Notes: generated by a model not told the origin, from the sequence alone. Shown: positions 48,540-58,893, counted from the stretch's first letter. The stretch: DNA of 64,000 nt from Bythopirellula sp. (GCA_965216565.1 OZ244170.1:160001-224000); one strand, 5' to 3'. Numbers and translations: made by a program.

Positions 48540-49562
48540 ATGCCTCGACGGACCCGATGTTGTCAGCTGGAACAGCTGGAGTCGCGGTATCTCCTGGCAG
48601 GCGATTTGCCCCTGCACGCTGGAGACGGCGCGGCTTTGAACGAAACGGAGAGTGGCGATCGCGGTGGATCGATCAGCGGACAGGTGTTGTTGGTTGCGAA
48701 CCAATCTTGCGCACAACACGAGGGCGCACCGGTTGAGAGTGTGACGCTACGCCTGCTTGGTGAACAGGGAGAGTTGCTAACGGAGACGCAGAGCGACACG
48801 CAAGGCTCGTACCGCTTCGATGACCTAGAGCCCGGCTTGTATGCCGTTCAGCAGGTTCAGCCTGAGGAACTACAAACTGGCAAGGCCCATCTCGGTTCCG
48901 GCGGGGGAATCGTTTTCGAAAGCAATCTCATCGGTGAAATCGCTTTGGAGAGCGGCGCGGATTTGTCCTCGTACGACTTTTGCGAAATGCCACTCGCGGC
49001 CGATCCAGAGCAAAGCGGCCCCATCGATCGTCCTATCGTGCCCCACGGCAAAGGCGAAGTGGATGTCGAAGGGGGGGCTCCAACCAGGCAGCTAGTGGGT
49101 GCAGCGCAGCGTTTTGGACAACTCGCCAACGAACAGGAGCCGTCCTCCAGCCAAACGATCATGAAGCAGGACGCTACGGAATCGGAAATTGTTCTGGACG
49201 ACAAAGTACAGACCGTTAGCTCAAACAAAAATGCCAAACCAGGGCTTGGCTCTTCACAGGAAATCAAGTCGCGGCCTCAGGTTGAGCAGGATCAGATTCC
49301 CGAAGAGTTCTGGGACGTGCTCGATTCGATTGGTATTGGCATGATATTGTCGGCAGCGGAGGATTTGCCGTGGATGGGGGCCCATGATTCCGCTCCTGTG
49401 ACGCCGCCACCCTCGCAGTCAGAGAACTCAGAGCAAGCCGCTTCAGCGGATGAGGCACGTGAAGCCGTTCCTGTGGACGAAGCGGTCGATCCAACGCATG
49501 TCGCCACCCATGCGCGTGACGCAGAAGGTGGTGGAGCGGGTAGCAGCGAGCAGATCCGGTAG
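48540..49562 (+). CDS. Secreted protein with SdrD B-like (Cna-B) domain
   Basis: Leader RRTRCCQLEQLESRYLLA; GSISGQV..VTLRL..TQSDTQGSYRFDDLEPGLYAVQQVQP..YDFCE; disordered tail. Start may instead be 48510. Confidence 0.7.
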   Translation: MPRRTRCCQLEQLESRYLLAGDLPLHAGDGAALNETESGDRGGSISGQVLLVANQSCAQHEGAPVESVTLRLLGEQGELLTETQSDTQGSYRFDDLEPGLYAVQQVQPEELQTGKAHLGSGGGIVFESNLIGEIALESGADLSSYDFCEMPLAADPEQSGPIDRPIVPHGKGEVDVEGGAPTRQLVGAAQRFGQLANEQEPSSSQTIMKQDATESEIVLDDKVQTVSSNKNAKPGLGSSQEIKSRPQVEQDQIPEEFWDVLDSIGIGMILSAAEDLPWMGAHDSAPVTPPPSQSENSEQAASADEAREAVPVDEAVDPTHVATHARDAEGGGAGSSEQIR

Positions 49563-49674
49563 CCGCCCATGTTTATTAGGCTCGTGGGTCGCCATTCACC
49601 TGCCAACTGCGACTCTCTACAGCACCCACGCTGATCGATGCTTTGCTTTTCGCTTCAAGAGTGAAATATTTTGA

Positions 49675-49845
49675 TTACGAAGCCTTGAGCTTTGCGATCT
49701 CTTCCTTGGCAGCATCGATTTCGGCTTGGATGCGTGCGGGTTCTTCGGGGTCGTCGGGCTGCTCTTTGGCACCCGCTAATAGCTTTTGCAGTTGAGGGAT
49801 TTTCTTGCGCAACACCTCGATGCGTTTCTTTGCCTTTTTATCCAT
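49675..49845 (-). CDS. Small coiled-coil hypothetical protein (56 aa)
   Basis: MDKKAKKRIEVLRKK..AKLKAS; start moved to ATG 49845 to avoid overlapping the upstream gene. Confidence 0.7.
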   Translation of the reverse strand: MDKKAKKRIEVLRKKIPQLQKLLAGAKEQPDDPEEPARIQAEIDAAKEEIAKLKAS

Positions 49846-49901
49846 AACTTCCAGCTGCTTTCTATTTGGTTGTTTGTTGCGTAACGTGGCAAGAAATTGC
49901 T

Positions 49902-50417
49902 CTAGTGCATCGTCCTTAGGATGCCGGCGACCACGATGATGGCCATCACCCCAAACCAGGCAACGTTGAGCCACAGCTGTGACTTGCCACGGAACTTGGC
50001 GGCTAGTGGGGTCTTGCCGGCGAGGATCGCTGCGAGGAACATCACCACGAGACCGAGTAAGAATTTGATCCCAAACAGTACATGGTAGGTGGACGGCAGT
50101 TTACCACCTTCAATTTTTGCTTCGCCATTGATGATCAGAAAATTGTAAAAGCCTGTTGCGATCAGGACGAACGTAGCGATACCAACCCAACGTGCCCATG
50201 TCCCTCGACGATCGGTAAGCCACTGTTCGTCGCCAGTGGGGGCAAGGACAGAACGGAGGAAGAAGATACCACCACCCAAAATCAGCGCTCCGAGGATGTG
50301 GAGCACCCGCGAAATAAGCGGCACGATCGGCAGACCACCCGCCTCGGGTTCCACCTGAGCAAATAATGTCGCCCAAACCAATTGTTCGTTCACTTGAAAT
50401 AGGATATCGCTAGCCAT
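49902..50417 (-). CDS. Four-TM membrane protein (CopD-like topology)
   Basis: RVLHILGA, TGFYN, YHVLFGIKFLL. Confidence 0.65.
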   Translation of the reverse strand: MASDILFQVNEQLVWATLFAQVEPEAGGLPIVPLISRVLHILGALILGGGIFFLRSVLAPTGDEQWLTDRRGTWARWVGIATFVLIATGFYNFLIINGEAKIEGGKLPSTYHVLFGIKFLLGLVVMFLAAILAGKTPLAAKFRGKSQLWLNVAWFGVMAIIVVAGILRTMH

Positions 50418-50591
50418 TTGCTTGCCTCGTTTTGCATCAGTTCAAGAGTTTCTGAGGGTGTCGGAAAATTCGATAAGAACTCTCGGCTAAGTCAGTACGC
50501 TTCGCGTCTCTGAACTTACGAATCGAATTCGCCTACGTCCCAAATATCTAAGCACGATCCTAGAAAGAGAGAACCCCTTCGTCTACCGCTT

Positions 50592-51824
50592 TCAAGAATC
50601 GTTCACCCAATGGTCGATCAGCTTTAGGGCCTGTTCCCGACTGTCCACTTCGCCCAACAGTTGGGCATCGCGAATGCGGGTAAGTAGTTCCTTGAACTGC
50701 GGACCAGGCCTGACACCGTGTTTGATGAGGTCTGCACCATCTAACAGCGGAACCGGGTCCAGCACTTCAGGAGGGAGCAGGAGTTTTTGCCGACAAAACT
50801 GCTCGGCATCGTCGGCTCGCCCCGCTAGAGCTTCGTAGAAATCCACCAACTCGGTACCGCCTGGATGAACTAGGAGCCGCTGAATGCTGGGCCAACTCTT
50901 CTTATCTGCCTGCTGTAGATTGTTCACATGATCCAGCAGCCAGCCGATCCGCTCTCCTTCTTTGTTAGTTAGGCGTAATCGCTTGGCGAGCTGCGGACCT
51001 AACCCTTGGGACTTCTGTGTCGACAGCAGTGCTGCCAGGGCCACCGGCAGACTAGGGTTGTTCAGACGCGCCAGTGTATCCATGGTGCGATCAAAGGATG
51101 AGTCGTCCAAGTGATTCAATTCAGGAAACACGATCGCGAGTAGCCCCGATGCTTTCAGTAGCTGGACGGCTACCACTCGATTTTTGTGAATCAGCATCCG
51201 CCGTAGTTCCATCCCAATGCGCTCAGCACTTACGGATGTCACTTCGGTTGCCATGTTCTGAATGGCAGCGAATGTTTCTGATTCAATCTCAAAATCAAAA
51301 GTTGCCGCGAATCGAATAGCCCGCAACATCCGTAGCTTGTCTTCAGCAAACCGCTCGTGGGGATTGCGGATCGCCCGAATGATCCCGGCACGCAAATCAT
51401 TCTCGCCCCCGACATAGTCAATGACATCGTCTTCGATCGGATCGAGAAATAGTCCGTTGATGGTGAAGTCGCGGCGCTCGGCATCATGTTCGGCCGTAGT
51501 GTACGAAACACTCTCGGGGTGCCGCCCGTCCACATATTTGCCGTCGGACCGGAACGTAGCCACCTCGATGGGATCGTGATGTTTTCGACCCAGCACACTA
51601 ATCACACCAAAGGCTGCTCCGATGGCCAGAGTGCGTCGATGGCCGAAGAGCTCGCGAATTTGTTCAGGGCGGGCACTGGTTGCCACATCGTAATCTTTAG
51701 GGTCGATGCCCAATAATTGGTCGCGAACACACCCGCCTGCCCACAAGGCTTCGTAGCCTGCTTTGCGCAGCGTGCTCACAACTTCGACGGCGAACTCGCG
51801 TTGTGAGCCAGCAGGTTTCATCAA
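50592..51824 (-). CDS. cca: CCA-adding tRNA nucleotidyltransferase (class II)
   Basis: GGCVRD..DYDV, flexible loop RSDGKYVDGRHP, RRDFTIN, EDKLRMLRAIRF, SAERI. Lacks the poly(A) polymerase GRRF signature (has IGAAF). Confidence 0.85.
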   Translation of the reverse strand: MMKPAGSQREFAVEVVSTLRKAGYEALWAGGCVRDQLLGIDPKDYDVATSARPEQIRELFGHRRTLAIGAAFGVISVLGRKHHDPIEVATFRSDGKYVDGRHPESVSYTTAEHDAERRDFTINGLFLDPIEDDVIDYVGGENDLRAGIIRAIRNPHERFAEDKLRMLRAIRFAATFDFEIESETFAAIQNMATEVTSVSAERIGMELRRMLIHKNRVVAVQLLKASGLLAIVFPELNHLDDSSFDRTMDTLARLNNPSLPVALAALLSTQKSQGLGPQLAKRLRLTNKEGERIGWLLDHVNNLQQADKKSWPSIQRLLVHPGGTELVDFYEALAGRADDAEQFCRQKLLLPPEVLDPVPLLDGADLIKHGVRPGPQFKELLTRIRDAQLLGEVDSREQALKLIDHWVNDS

Positions 51825-54800
51825 GATGGCTGAGGTGTGGGGTGACGTTGGTTAGCTATCGCAGCAGTAATTTGGTCGTGCAGAAGTCGTTCTTGGTTCT
51901 CATCAAATGTGCAAACGAACTCGGTCTGAGGGCGGAGGAAATAGAGAACGCTCTCCACCGGTGCTACGCCCAGTGCCCGCTTGCAGGCCAGCGCGTAAAC
52001 ATACATCTGCATGTGGTATTTCTCAGCAAGCTTTGGGACACTCTCTGACGAACCTTGGTTCGATTTGTAGTCTAGCACGTGCCAGTGCCCCGCGGCATCT
52101 TGGTAGAGGCAATCGATAAAACCTTGCAGGTAAGCATTACCTGCCTCTGGCCAGGGTAGCAAGAACTCCACTTCCCTCATCACTCTCTGGGCCTGCGCGA
52201 GCTGATCAGCACGATTGCTTTTTAGAAATTGCTTCGACAATACTTCCGCTTCTTCGGCAGCTTGTTGCGCGTTGTCGCCGAAATGCTGAGGGGCCAGAAA
52301 TTGACAGAGGCTGGCAATATTGTTGGGAGCCGAAAAATCAACGCGTTCCAGCACATCGTGAACGAGCGTGCCAAAACTGAGCGGATCGAGCGCGGAGGGC
52401 TGAGCCGATTCCTCTACCGGATCGACCGCCACATTTTCGAGTGAATCCAAGTGTTCCAGGGCACCCGATAGACGTGAGAAAGAGAATCGCGACCGCGCTG
52501 CATGATGAACTGGAATAGGTGCAACCGAAGGAGGGACGGTTCCTTTCCCTTGGGCGATGAGTTTTTCTGCTTCGTCGACTAGCTTGTCCAAATTCTCCCC
52601 ACGAGTGCTAGACGACTTTTTGCGGACTTGGGGCGGCTCCGACGTCGTGACGCGAACGAACGATTCGATTTCATTCTCGGAGGCAACCGAGTGGGGGCGG
52701 CCTGTGGCGAGGTCGTAGCGGCTGGCTAGTAATTGCGTCCAATCGCTCTTGGGCTTGTCTAGGTCTTTGAAGTTGCTGGAGAGAATCAAATAGTCGGCCG
52801 CACGGGTACAGGCCACGTAGAGCAGGCGTTGTCGTTCGGCAAAATCTTGTTCCTTCTCCAAAGCGCGATGCAGATCAAAGCCGACGAGTCTCTTCTTATC
52901 TTTATTCGTCACAAGTGGGCCGAGCTGTGGATCGAACACAGGCTTTGTGTCGGAAGGGCGGGACGTGCGTTCCAGGTCGGGCAGTACCACCAATGGGAAC
53001 TCAAGCCCCTTCGCGTTGTGAATGGTCATGATGCGAATCACGTCGCCCTCGGCCTGAGTTGTAGCTAGCGCCTCCTTAGGTGCACGCACTACGAACTCGG
53101 CGAGTTGGGTGATGAATCCGTTGAGGTCACCCGGTCGGCTGCGATCAACGGTGCGCGCTTGCTCCACCAGTTTGCGGATGTTGGCAAGTTTTCGCTCTCC
53201 TAAGAATTCGCACAACAGCGTGGCGTCGTAGCCGGTTCGCTCGAGAGCGAGACTAATTAGCTCTTCGACCAGCATTCCATCTTTCGAGCGACGCAATTCC
53301 TCAAGTGTCGTGGCGGCTGATTGCACCTTGGCGGCTTCGGCAGGGTTTAGGCTTTTGGTCGAACGGCTCGCCGACAGGCCTCGATTGAGCGAACCATGTT
53401 GTTTGACGAGCCAAAACAACGTTTCGTCGGTGAGTGCGAAGATGGGACTACGCAACGCGCCGCCCAAACTCAATTCATCAGCCTCGGAATCAACCGCGCG
53501 GAGCAAATTCAGCAAGTCGTAGATTTCCTGTTGCGCGTAGAACGCGTGTCCCCCTGCCAGATAGTAGTCCAGCCCTTGTTGTCGGAGGGCGTCTTCGTAG
53601 ATGGCCACGTCGCTTAGCGACCTCAATAAAATCGCGATGTCGCCCAGTTGCAGCGGACGTAACTCCGTCGATCCCTCGGAATCTGTCGGATCGGGAATCA
53701 AGGGTTCCGCAGAATCGATTAATTCCGCAAGCCTACGAGCGATGAATCCCGCTTCGCGTGCACGTTCGCGCTGAACGCCTGAGAGTTGGCCGATGCCGCG
53801 GTCGTCGTCTTGGCCATCGTCGGTAGCCCAGAGGAACTCTACCGCCGGAGTTGGAGTCGTTTGAGGGCGGCTCGCGTTAAGCGATTCATACTCCTCGGCA
53901 AACGCATTGCAGAAGACGTGATTCACAAAATCAAGAATCGCAGGTTGGCTGCGGAAATTGGTCGTCAATGCGAGCCGGCTTTGTTTGTCCAGCGATTGGC
54001 GGAGTTCGCCCGAGACCCGCGGCTCGGCACCACGGAATCGGTAAATGGATTGTTTATGATCGCCCACCACAAACAGTCCTTGCTGCTTCCAATTGTCCCC
54101 GCAGAGAGCCTTAACGATTTCTACTTGCAATGGATCGGTGTCCTGGAACTCATCGACCATCAGCAATCGAATACTGCCGACGAGGTTTTTGCGTAGGGAT
54201 TGAAACTCAGGCTGCGTCAGAAGTCGGCTGGCTGTGCGGAGCAGATCGTCAAATTCCAGTACGTTCTCTGCCTGCTTGATCTCGTGGTGCCGCTGTGCGA
54301 GTTGGCCGACGATTTCCGCTAGCTCCAAACCCACACCGGCGAATTCTTGGCATTGTTCGACATCCAACTGCTGGGTAAGTAGTGAAGCCTCTATCAGTTT
54401 GCGGACCGTCCCACAGACATTCTTGTATTGCTCGTACTCTTCCTCGTCCTCCCACTGCTTCTTCGTACAAACGCCTTGGACTCTGGCAAGTTTGTGGAGT
54501 TGCCGAGCGGCATCATGGGGATCCCCAGCTTCCAATTGATCGAGGGCCTGCATGACTTGCTCGACATGGGCTGGGAAGTTTGGAGCATTGACGTCACCCG
54601 TTTGGCAGAGATGCCGAAACTGCCCGACGCACTCGGCACGAAGAATCTTGCCCGCCATCTGAGGCGTGAACACTTCGCGGTGATATTCCTTCCAGGTATC
54701 GACCAATTGGTCCGTCGTTGCGCCGTTCCAAGTAGCCAAAAACGGCTGCAAGTCTTGCCCCATCAGAATGGCCAGGTGTTCGCGTAGAGTTCGCAGCCGG

Positions 54801-55303
54801 AAACGGGTGGCCAAGGCTAGAATGCGAGAATCACCCTCCTCGAGCAGCTCCCGCAAAAAGTCGTCGAGCGTTTGCAGTCTCAAGAGCTCCGCCGCCGGTG
54901 GGTCCAGCAGATCAAATTGCGGATCGATGCCCGCTTCAACCGCGTGGCTGCGTAGCAGTCGATCGCAGAAGGAGTGGATCGTACTGATGCGTGCCGTGTC
55001 GATGCCACGCAGAATCTGCTGCCACGCGGCACGTTCTTCGGGCTGCTTAGACTCTTCAAGTCTCTCAAAGCAGCGGCGGCGGATGCGATCGCGCATCTCT
55101 CTGGCGGCAGCGTCTGTGAACGTGATGGCGACCAGTTGTTGCAATTCGGCCGTCGGTTGGAGCTCTTGCGGATCGAGATACGACAAGAAACGCTCGGTCA
55201 GGACGAACGTTTTGCCACACCCAGCACCGGCGGCCAGGGAGACCGTGCGGTCGTGAGCCGACAGGGCAGTCTTTTGTTCGTGGGTTAGCTTGGTGGTGGT
55301 CAT
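51821..55303 (-). CDS. addA: AddA-like helicase-nuclease
   Basis: AGAGCGKT, DEFQD, GDHKQSIYRFRGA, TIHNAKGLEF, YVACTRA; C-terminal GFIDCL..LDYKS. Confidence 0.9.
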   Translation of the reverse strand: MTTTKLTHEQKTALSAHDRTVSLAAGAGCGKTFVLTERFLSYLDPQELQPTAELQQLVAITFTDAAAREMRDRIRRRCFERLEESKQPEERAAWQQILRGIDTARISTIHSFCDRLLRSHAVEAGIDPQFDLLDPPAAELLRLQTLDDFLRELLEEGDSRILALATRFRLRTLREHLAILMGQDLQPFLATWNGATTDQLVDTWKEYHREVFTPQMAGKILRAECVGQFRHLCQTGDVNAPNFPAHVEQVMQALDQLEAGDPHDAARQLHKLARVQGVCTKKQWEDEEEYEQYKNVCGTVRKLIEASLLTQQLDVEQCQEFAGVGLELAEIVGQLAQRHHEIKQAENVLEFDDLLRTASRLLTQPEFQSLRKNLVGSIRLLMVDEFQDTDPLQVEIVKALCGDNWKQQGLFVVGDHKQSIYRFRGAEPRVSGELRQSLDKQSRLALTTNFRSQPAILDFVNHVFCNAFAEEYESLNASRPQTTPTPAVEFLWATDDGQDDDRGIGQLSGVQRERAREAGFIARRLAELIDSAEPLIPDPTDSEGSTELRPLQLGDIAILLRSLSDVAIYEDALRQQGLDYYLAGGHAFYAQQEIYDLLNLLRAVDSEADELSLGGALRSPIFALTDETLFWLVKQHGSLNRGLSASRSTKSLNPAEAAKVQSAATTLEELRRSKDGMLVEELISLALERTGYDATLLCEFLGERKLANIRKLVEQARTVDRSRPGDLNGFITQLAEFVVRAPKEALATTQAEGDVIRIMTIHNAKGLEFPLVVLPDLERTSRPSDTKPVFDPQLGPLVTNKDKKRLVGFDLHRALEKEQDFAERQRLLYVACTRAADYLILSSNFKDLDKPKSDWTQLLASRYDLATGRPHSVASENEIESFVRVTTSEPPQVRKKSSSTRGENLDKLVDEAEKLIAQGKGTVPPSVAPIPVHHAARSRFSFSRLSGALEHLDSLENVAVDPVEESAQPSALDPLSFGTLVHDVLERVDFSAPNNIASLCQFLAPQHFGDNAQQAAEEAEVLSKQFLKSNRADQLAQAQRVMREVEFLLPWPEAGNAYLQGFIDCLYQDAAGHWHVLDYKSNQGSSESVPKLAEKYHMQMYVYALACKRALGVAPVESVLYFLRPQTEFVCTFDENQERLLHDQITAAIANQRHPTPQPS

Positions 55304-58300
55304 GATGAAGGGGCCTCATCGCGAGGCCATTGCTTTTCGAGCGAGCGAATCTGCCCGATACGGCAAATCGTTCGGTACTCGCACCAACTAGTGCATTTAT
55401 CCTCTGGGTTGTAGACCGGAAATTTGCCCTGCTGCACGTTGCCGACTAAACGACCCAGGGTCTCGACTAGCTGCTCGCGATACGTCTCCGCGGTGGGCTG
55501 CGGCTTGAGCACCGATCCTTCTGCCGTTTGCAGTTGGAATGCGCCTGCTTCGAATCCCTTGCCTTGAAGGCTCCAGTACCCAGCAGCCAATGCCTCTGCC
55601 TGTTGATCGGCAAGTAAGAGTTCTTCGGCAGCCAGTGCGTAAAGGGGAAGCTGAAGCTGACGACCGGACAGGAAATCCTCGGTCTTGAATTTCACTTCTT
55701 TGCCGGACTTATAATCAATCACATTCAACACGACGACATTGCCGACGCGGCCCAGATCGATGCGATCGATTTGACCCGTGATACGGATTTGCTGATGTCC
55801 CAGGTCTAGTTCGAAGGGCAGGGGAGTGGAAATGACGGTGTCGTCGATTTGCTCACTAGCGGCCACCTCCGGACCAAATCGTACTTCGAAGTACGCCGGG
55901 CGCGGCGGTTCGTCCAAATCGCTCCACCGTTCGCGATAGTTGTGTTCCTGCTCCGCATAGTTTTCAGCCCACTCGCTCACTTCCCTCCGTTCAATTTCTC
56001 GGAGCGATTGTTGAATGCCACCTAAAGGTCTCTGTTGAATCTCCTCATCCAGAGCTTCACGGAATTTTTCTACGAGCTGTTCCCGCCATTGTGCTTCGTC
56101 TTCGCAATCTAAGGGCTGCTGGGCGAGTTGCTGGTGCACCGCAGCCAGTACTTGATGAAGCAGGCTGCCTCGTCGTCCCATGTTGTTTTCAACCGCGATC
56201 TCTTGTTGCTGGCGGAGCGATAGAATTTGTGCTGCGAAGAACCGAAATGGGCAGCGTGCGTATTCTTCTAGCTGGCTGGGGCTCCACAGATGGTTTGCGC
56301 CGAAGCCTTCGAGCAAAGCGCTTACGGTATGCTCGCCTGAGCAGATCCCTTCGTACGGGCCGAATTGGTCGCGTTTTCCACGGGACGCAATGGACTCGAT
56401 TCCTGCCAGAATATTCCTTCCGGTCGAGTTTGCCCCTGTTGCCAAGCCGGCAAGTAGTTTGGGGCGCTTGTCGAGGGCTTGCCGGATGGCGCGCGTGCGC
56501 AGGGCTGTCAGGCTGTAAGGAACCTCATCGACAGAATCACTTTCGCCGGGCTGCTGGATCTGGGTTTGAATCTCATGATGTGGAAAACAGCGGCGGAGTT
56601 CCGTCAGCATGGGGCTCGGGGGAAGCTGTTGCCCTTTCTCGTCCAACGCAGCATAGGAAATAGTGAGGCTGCGTGTGGCCCGAGTTACCAGCGTGTAAAA
56701 CAAGTACAGCATGTCAGCCTGTTCATCGGCCAATTGGCTGGTGGATCGCTGGGCTGTGGAATCGAGCTGGTTGGTGATTGGACTCGCGGAAAAGGCCTGT
56801 TCGGTGACCCCCACCAGGTAAACATCGGGGGCCGTGATCTGACGGGCGGTCTCGGCTGAAAGTACGCGCACTCGGCCGACGGAGTCCACTGCACTTGGTT
56901 GCGGCGTTTCCGCGGTTGCCAGTCTCAAATTCTTCAGGAACTGGGCTAAGTCAATCGAGCTGTGCTCCTCCAAAGCCCAGGCCTCTACCTGTTGTAGCGA
57001 GATTAGCCCGCGCCGGAGCGTATGCCATGAACTCTCGGATCGGGAATCAGCCAGAATGCCTAGCCCCATCAGCAGCGATTGGATGGCTTCGATCCATTTT
57101 TCCAGCGGGGCGGAGTCTGGCAAAGTACCGACTTGCATGGCCAGGTCTTCTAGCAGTCCATGGGCAACGGCGGCCTGTTTGGCTGAATCTGACTTCTCGG
57201 GAGTTGTCGCCACGGCCCACCGCTGAAGTTGTTCGAGCAGATGTTCTTTGCCTAATGGGAGTTGGGCCGCTCGGATTGCCTGTTCCAAGCAAACTCTGGG
57301 TTGCATGTCCCGAGGAGCGTCGAATTGACGCACGCTCCGATTGCCAACGATTGCCAATATTTTGCGGAACGGCCAATCGTCACGCTCAAGCTCCAGCAGA
57401 GCCTGGATCGTCTGGGCTAAAGCGGTCTCGGAGAGTGCTGGTCGCCTTTCAATCCAGTAGGGAATCCCGTGGTCGGTCAATACTTGGCAGATTCTCCGTG
57501 CGTCCGCCTGCAAGCTCTTCGATACGAGAACGATGTTCTCCGGATGGGCGGTGCCCTCGAAAAGTTGCCTCTTGATCCTAGCCGCCACGAGTTCCAGTTC
57601 CTGCTGCACGCTGCCGGCGGCGATAATTTCGATGGCCTCAGGCTCGGGGACTTCGCTGCCACGAGCCGATTCGGGGTCGCAGAAGAGGGTTTGCTCGGCA
57701 TGGCGAAGCGAGTCTGGCAAGGGCGGCTGGTTGGCTGAGGTCTCTCGGGGCGACAGTGGTTCGATGTGGAGGTGCGGCAAAACCTCGCGCAATCTGCCCA
57801 GCGTCTGCTGGACGCGGCGAAAGAGCATGCCCCGGTCGTCGAGGTGCTGGGCGTCGATGCCCCGGGCGTCGAGCTGATTTTTTTCGAGGTCTCCGGAGAG
57901 GGAAACGTGGAATCGTCTGGCGCTATCTGCTAACAGTTGCAGGATGTCGTATTGGGCGGCGGTAAAATCGCTAAACCCACTCACCACGACGTGGTCAAAA
58001 CGAGCTGTGCCACTGGCAATCAATTCGGTCAGGATTTCGCGGGCTACCCAGAACCGGCCCTCGGCATCGTAGAGTTTGCCGTGGGCCAGTAGTCGCTGAT
58101 ACTCACCGTAAAGCAGTCCCAACTCGCGATCGCGTTTGGTTTTTGCAGACTGTTTAAAGTCCTCGGCCCACACGTCCGTCCGTTTTTTGTCTGCAATCCA
58201 ACGATCCAGTTGCGCCAAGAATCCAGGGGTATGGGCAATTGGAGCAAAATAGGATATCTGTTCGTCCGCTTCGGCCTGCAGCAACACTCGGTTGAGAAGG

Positions 58301-58611
58301 AAACGCTTTTGCAGGATAGAGATTGGCCGTATGTGACGACTGCCCAATTTAACCAGGGAGTCGGCAAAACTGGAGAAGGTCTGCACTCCCGGATCGAGCA
58401 GAGCTCCCTGGGTGCATTTTCTAAGATGCTGGGCGATTAGTGCTTCTCTGAGTGGGTCGACACTCGCGGCATTCGGAACCAGCCACAGCCGCTGACCTGG
58501 AGACCCAGTTTCATGGGTCGACTCCAAGTTGCTCAAGAACTGGCTGACCAGAAGAGTTTTCTTGCCCGCCTGGGCTGGACCAACAAGCACGATGGGGCGG
58601 TGATTGGCCAT
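55300..58611 (-). CDS. addB: AddB-like nuclease subunit with Fe-S cysteines
   Basis: Degenerate Walker A GPAQAGKK; SPSQLEEYARCPF; GQIDRID..IDYKS; CTSWCEYRTIC. ATGA overlap with addA. Confidence 0.88.
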   Translation of the reverse strand: MANHRPIVLVGPAQAGKKTLLVSQFLSNLESTHETGSPGQRLWLVPNAASVDPLREALIAQHLRKCTQGALLDPGVQTFSSFADSLVKLGSRHIRPISILQKRFLLNRVLLQAEADEQISYFAPIAHTPGFLAQLDRWIADKKRTDVWAEDFKQSAKTKRDRELGLLYGEYQRLLAHGKLYDAEGRFWVAREILTELIASGTARFDHVVVSGFSDFTAAQYDILQLLADSARRFHVSLSGDLEKNQLDARGIDAQHLDDRGMLFRRVQQTLGRLREVLPHLHIEPLSPRETSANQPPLPDSLRHAEQTLFCDPESARGSEVPEPEAIEIIAAGSVQQELELVAARIKRQLFEGTAHPENIVLVSKSLQADARRICQVLTDHGIPYWIERRPALSETALAQTIQALLELERDDWPFRKILAIVGNRSVRQFDAPRDMQPRVCLEQAIRAAQLPLGKEHLLEQLQRWAVATTPEKSDSAKQAAVAHGLLEDLAMQVGTLPDSAPLEKWIEAIQSLLMGLGILADSRSESSWHTLRRGLISLQQVEAWALEEHSSIDLAQFLKNLRLATAETPQPSAVDSVGRVRVLSAETARQITAPDVYLVGVTEQAFSASPITNQLDSTAQRSTSQLADEQADMLYLFYTLVTRATRSLTISYAALDEKGQQLPPSPMLTELRRCFPHHEIQTQIQQPGESDSVDEVPYSLTALRTRAIRQALDKRPKLLAGLATGANSTGRNILAGIESIASRGKRDQFGPYEGICSGEHTVSALLEGFGANHLWSPSQLEEYARCPFRFFAAQILSLRQQQEIAVENNMGRRGSLLHQVLAAVHQQLAQQPLDCEDEAQWREQLVEKFREALDEEIQQRPLGGIQQSLREIERREVSEWAENYAEQEHNYRERWSDLDEPPRPAYFEVRFGPEVAASEQIDDTVISTPLPFELDLGHQQIRITGQIDRIDLGRVGNVVVLNVIDYKSGKEVKFKTEDFLSGRQLQLPLYALAAEELLLADQQAEALAAGYWSLQGKGFEAGAFQLQTAEGSVLKPQPTAETYREQLVETLGRLVGNVQQGKFPVYNPEDKCTSWCEYRTICRIGQIRSLEKQWPRDEAPSS

Positions 58612-58698
58612 GCTTGAGTCGTTATGCCTGTGGATGGGTGTATTTCTGGGACTGGGTACTTGGTTGCGAAGGCTGTGTGACTGTGCGGTTTGTTGGAG

Positions 58699-58724
58699 TC
58701 CGGAGGCAGGTTTGCCTCCGGCTA
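58699..58724. repeat. 26-bp palindromic element (copy 2)
   Basis: tccggaggcaggtttgcctccggcta. Confidence 0.75.
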
Positions 58725-58798
58725 GGAAATGTTAAGTGTCGTTCCCTGTCGCGACGCTGTCCCTAGGGAACTGCGTCGCTGGGGGAGGATTAGGAGAT

Positions 58799-58813
58799 TG
58801 GCACTAGCCTTGC
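58799..58813 (+). promoter_or_regulatory. Candidate sigma54 -24/-12 promoter
   Basis: TGGCAC-TAGCC-TTGC (GG-N10-GC), upstream of the DUF1559 gene. Confidence 0.45.
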
Positions 58814-58863
58814 GCAATTTGGCGGTGGATCTGCGCACCGGAGCCCGTTTTGAGCGGGTTCGA

Positions 58864-58893
58864 TTGACATCGTAACACGTGCTGGCATAGAAT
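58864..58893 (+). promoter_or_regulatory. Candidate sigma70 promoter
   Basis: TTGACA-N18-TAGAAT. Confidence 0.5.

Noticed and set aside
50452..50545. Degenerate IS/MITE-like inverted ends (gggtgtcggaaaattcgat ... atcgaattcgcctacgtccc); similar hint at 45231-45290
   Set aside because: Too many mismatches, no target duplication or transposase; cannot support from this window.
50592..51824. Poly(A) polymerase or CC-only enzyme call
   Set aside because: PAP signature absent and the flexible loop is present; an A-adding-only enzyme cannot be fully excluded.
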